Origin: Takakia lepidozioides
Taxonomy: Eukaryota; Plantae; Bryophyta
Reading direction: 5' to 3'
Length of the DNA stretch: 64,000 bases
Assembly (NCBI GenBank): GCA_030704615.1
Contig: CM060732.1
Coordinates: forward strand, 29,822,001-29,886,000
Positions 60,890 through 64,000 of this stretch are shown here, piece by piece (position 1 is the stretch's first letter; every line of letters starts with the position of its first letter). Under the pieces are notes generated by a model. That model saw only the letters and a list, made by a program, of their open reading frames with translations. It ran no database searches and was not told the DNA's origin. A program made the position numbers and the translations under genes.

Positions 60890-63846
60890 GTCCACCCTGG
60901 TCATATATGCTGGGCCTAGCGACAAGTGTTCCATACTCCGTTCGTAACACTGGTGCAGCCCGTGACTGCTCTTGCGGTTCAACATGCAAATCATGCTGCA
61001 GGGGTTTGTCATGGATACCACTGTACCCCTTCAATTTATTGCATTGACTCTTCCCAGCATTTCTTTGTTAATGGTTTGTAACATGGCGGTGTGGTATCAT
61101 ACATCTTTTGTATGACATAAGGTCCTTTCCACGGTGATTTAAGCTTAGAAGCTTGAATCTTTCCTTTCTTCTGCAACCATAGAACCAAATCCCCCGTCTT
61201 AAAAGTCTTTAACTTGCCTTCATCAAACTGTTCCTTTCGCTTCATCTGAATTCTGGTCATATTATCAGCTGCATCAGCACGTACTTCTTCCACATGGTAT
61301 AATTCATGTTTCCTGACCTTGATGGAGTCTTGCAATTCCATTCTTTTTCCCCACTCCGTTCTCATGGTAGGTAACAGAATTCCACTGGAAGTAAGGCTTC
61401 CATACCATAAACTAATTGGAATGGTGTATACTTAGTGGTGACTTTATATGAAGTCCTGTATGACCACAAAGCTGTCAGCAGCTTTGTATCCCAATCCGTT
61501 CTATTTGCATTGACTATCTTAGCCAAGATAGTACATAGTATTTTGTTGGTAGCCTCTGCCTGCCCATTACCCTGTGGGTAATATGTTGTACTCTTTCTAT
61601 GCACAATCATAAACTCTTTAGTCAACAACTCAATGGTCGCATTCATGAAGTGACTTCCTTGATCACTGATAAATTCTAAGGGACAGCCAAATCTTGTAAG
61701 TATGTTCTCGTACATGAACCTTGCTGTGGACTTGGCTGTGTTGTCCCTCAAAGCTTTAGCTTCCACCACCCACTTTGTAGTATAATCAGTGGCTGTAATT
61801 ATGTACCTGTTTTCGTGTATTCTTGATGGTTGGTTAATTGGTCCAACAAAGTCTAGTCCCCATTTCTGAAATGGTTCCGTAGGCATTGTAGGATGCAAGG
61901 CCATCCTTCCAGATCTCTGCAAAGGTCCTAGCCTCTGACATTCATCACACTTCTGACAATACTCGTGTACATCTTTGAACAAAGTAGGCCACCAGTACCT
62001 GCGAGTAGTATCTTTCTACTGGTAGTCTCTTCTCCAAAATGACCTCCAGCCACTTCTTTATGAACTTCCGCCAAAACTTTATTTACTTCATGGTGGTACA
62101 AGCATCGTTTTAGTACTCCATCAGGTCTCCTAACTTATACATTCTGCTTCCTACCATAGTATAAGGTAAAGCTTTGATAGCGATTCTCTTCCTCTGCTCC
62201 TTACCATAACTAGGTGGGCACTGACCATGAGCAAGGTAGTATATCTGATTGGCCACTGCCAATCTAACCATTCATCTGCACTTCCTTGCCCCTCCATTAC
62301 AAATAAACTCGCATCAGGTAACTGATCGTCCACTCCTGGTGGCGGCCTCTCCTGTTGTTAGCCGTGACAAATGATCTGCCACAAGATGCAAACGGCCAGG
62401 CTTGTAAATAACCTCAAACTCAAACTCATGCAAGATTATTAACCACCTCGCTATCCTTCCACTTATCAAAGGTTTGTTCACCAGATATATCAGAGCCTGT
62501 GATCCACATAAAACATAAACTTTCTTCCTATAGGTAATGCCTGAATTTCTTCTTGACTGCATAAATCATTGTCAATGCTTCTCTTTCAGTTGTGCTATAG
62601 TTCCTTTCAGCACTGTTCATCAACCTGCTAGCATAGTACACAGGTGAATCTATATTTCCTGTAACATTCTGGCTAACACCGCTCCACAACGCTTCTCCTG
62701 ATGCATGCAGTGAACATGAACATACTACTGAATGAGGGTTAATCAGCACAGGTGTAGTTACTGACACATGTAATTTCCTCAAATCTGACTGTTGACATTA
62801 GCTGTCCAGCAAACAAACTGCATCTTTCTTCAGAAGCTGCTTGGTGCTCTATTTGTGCATTCTCAATTGACAACTTTGTAAAAATGTTTGACACAAGATC
62901 TAATAACTTTAAAACTCTCACTTAACGTCGTTGGAGAGGTTTAATGGACCTGTCTCCTGGGATCCACAAGAAGTCCCTCTTACACACAATGTGTCCCAGC
63001 AGACCCCTGAGTTCACACAGAAAGTACACTTCTCTGGATTCAAGCCCAGACCTCTCATCCTGCATCTGGCCAGACATACTCCAATTTATGCAAGTGCTCA
63101 TTCTTAGAGCTGTACACACACTGAAATCATCCAGAACACACCTGCATGAATCATCCAGATACTCATGAAAAGATTCACTTATCACTCTCTGAAAGGTCGC
63201 TGGTGCATTACAAAGTCCAAAGGGCATGACTTTTATGCATACCCCCCAGTCTGTGATGAAACTGTTTTTTCCTTGGTCTTCTTCTGCCACTTGCACTTGA
63301 TTATAACCACTGAAGCCATCCATGAATGAGTACATCTCATGGCCTGCCACAGTGTCTAATACTGCTTCTGTGAATGGCAAAGGGAAAGGATCTTTCTTTT
63401 TGTACAAGCATTCAGCTTCTTATAGTTCACACATACTCTTAGTTTGCCATTCTTCTTGGGAACTATAACAATGGGTGACAACCAAGTTGATACTCTATTG
63501 GGTATATAAACTTAGCCTCAGCCAACTTCTTTATCTCTTCTCCAACCTTCTGTGCGTAGTTGGGATTCATTCTATACCTCGCCTGCTTGATTGGTACTGA
63601 CCCTGGTTCCAGTTCAATCTTATGCTGACAGACTTCAGGTGGTATCCCTTTTAGATCCTCATAGCTCCAAGCAAATACATCTCTGTATTTGATGAACAAG
63701 CTTTTAGCTTCTTCGAAGAATTCCGGCTCCAAATCAGCTCCTACTTTCACCATCCTCGGTTCCTCTTTAGTTCCCACATTTACTTCTCTCACCTGCTCAT
63801 CAGCTGTGATTGTCCAACCAGTCACCACTTCATCCTGTAAGCTCAC
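60890..63846 (-). pseudogene. pol: pol fragment (RT, RNase H, integrase), many indels
   Basis: Same motifs as 28696-31990, fragmented over many short ORFs. Confidence 0.9.
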
Positions 63847-64000
63847 AGTGGCTGGTTCTTCTAGGATTTCTATTTCTCCTCTCTTTCTTCATAGAAATGT
63901 GATGGGTCAATGCTGGTTTCTTCTTCTTCTTCAGTTGGTGTTGCTGTCACTACACCACAACAGATACCTCTCAAACAACTTAGGCTTTCCACCGCATCTC

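Larger units (their letters stand above)
55399..64000 (-). mobile_element. Family-A Ty3/gypsy copy: 3' LTR (55399-56393), PPT, ORF3, minisatellite, INT/RH/RT; runs off the right edge
   Basis: Colinear with 23165-31850. Confidence 0.95.

Overview
Eukaryotic, almost entirely transposon-derived DNA with a 500-N scaffold gap at 51030-51529. GT-AG introns, plant-type hAT and Ty3/gypsy elements and CAG->TAG decay suggest a land plant, probably bryophyte-like; this is inference. (1) 1-~13.75 kb: a candidate large DNA-element module. A minus-strand GCM-like zinc-domain gene and a plus-strand 9-exon gene are divergent. The 9-exon gene encodes a ParB/Srx-like domain (WDGNHR) fused to a prokaryote-type beta-class N4C/N6A DNA methyltransferase domain. 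Between the genes lie ~30 copies of a 30-bp GGCGCC-centred palindrome, and the same core recurs in a separate 95-bp tandem array inside an intron of the ParB-MTase gene. A second decayed copy of the MTase exons lies at ~54.7-55.4 kb. (2) 13.8-22.3 kb: a decayed hAT transposase flanked by inverted palindrome arrays, a RING-H2 pseudogene and a tRNA-derived SINE. (3) 22.6-37.2, 45.8-51.0 and 55.4-64 kb: at least five nested copies of one non-chromovirus Ty3/gypsy family ('family A'). One copy is full length with an AGTAC TSD, and the family carries extra ORFs both 5' of gag and 3' of pol. (4) 37.2-45.7 kb: a different Ty3/gypsy element whose pol has a DNMT3-like C5 cytosine methyltransferase between protease and RT and a PHD finger after integrase. 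The two methyltransferase-bearing modules are the most notable items. All domain calls come from motif recognition by eye; no searches were run.
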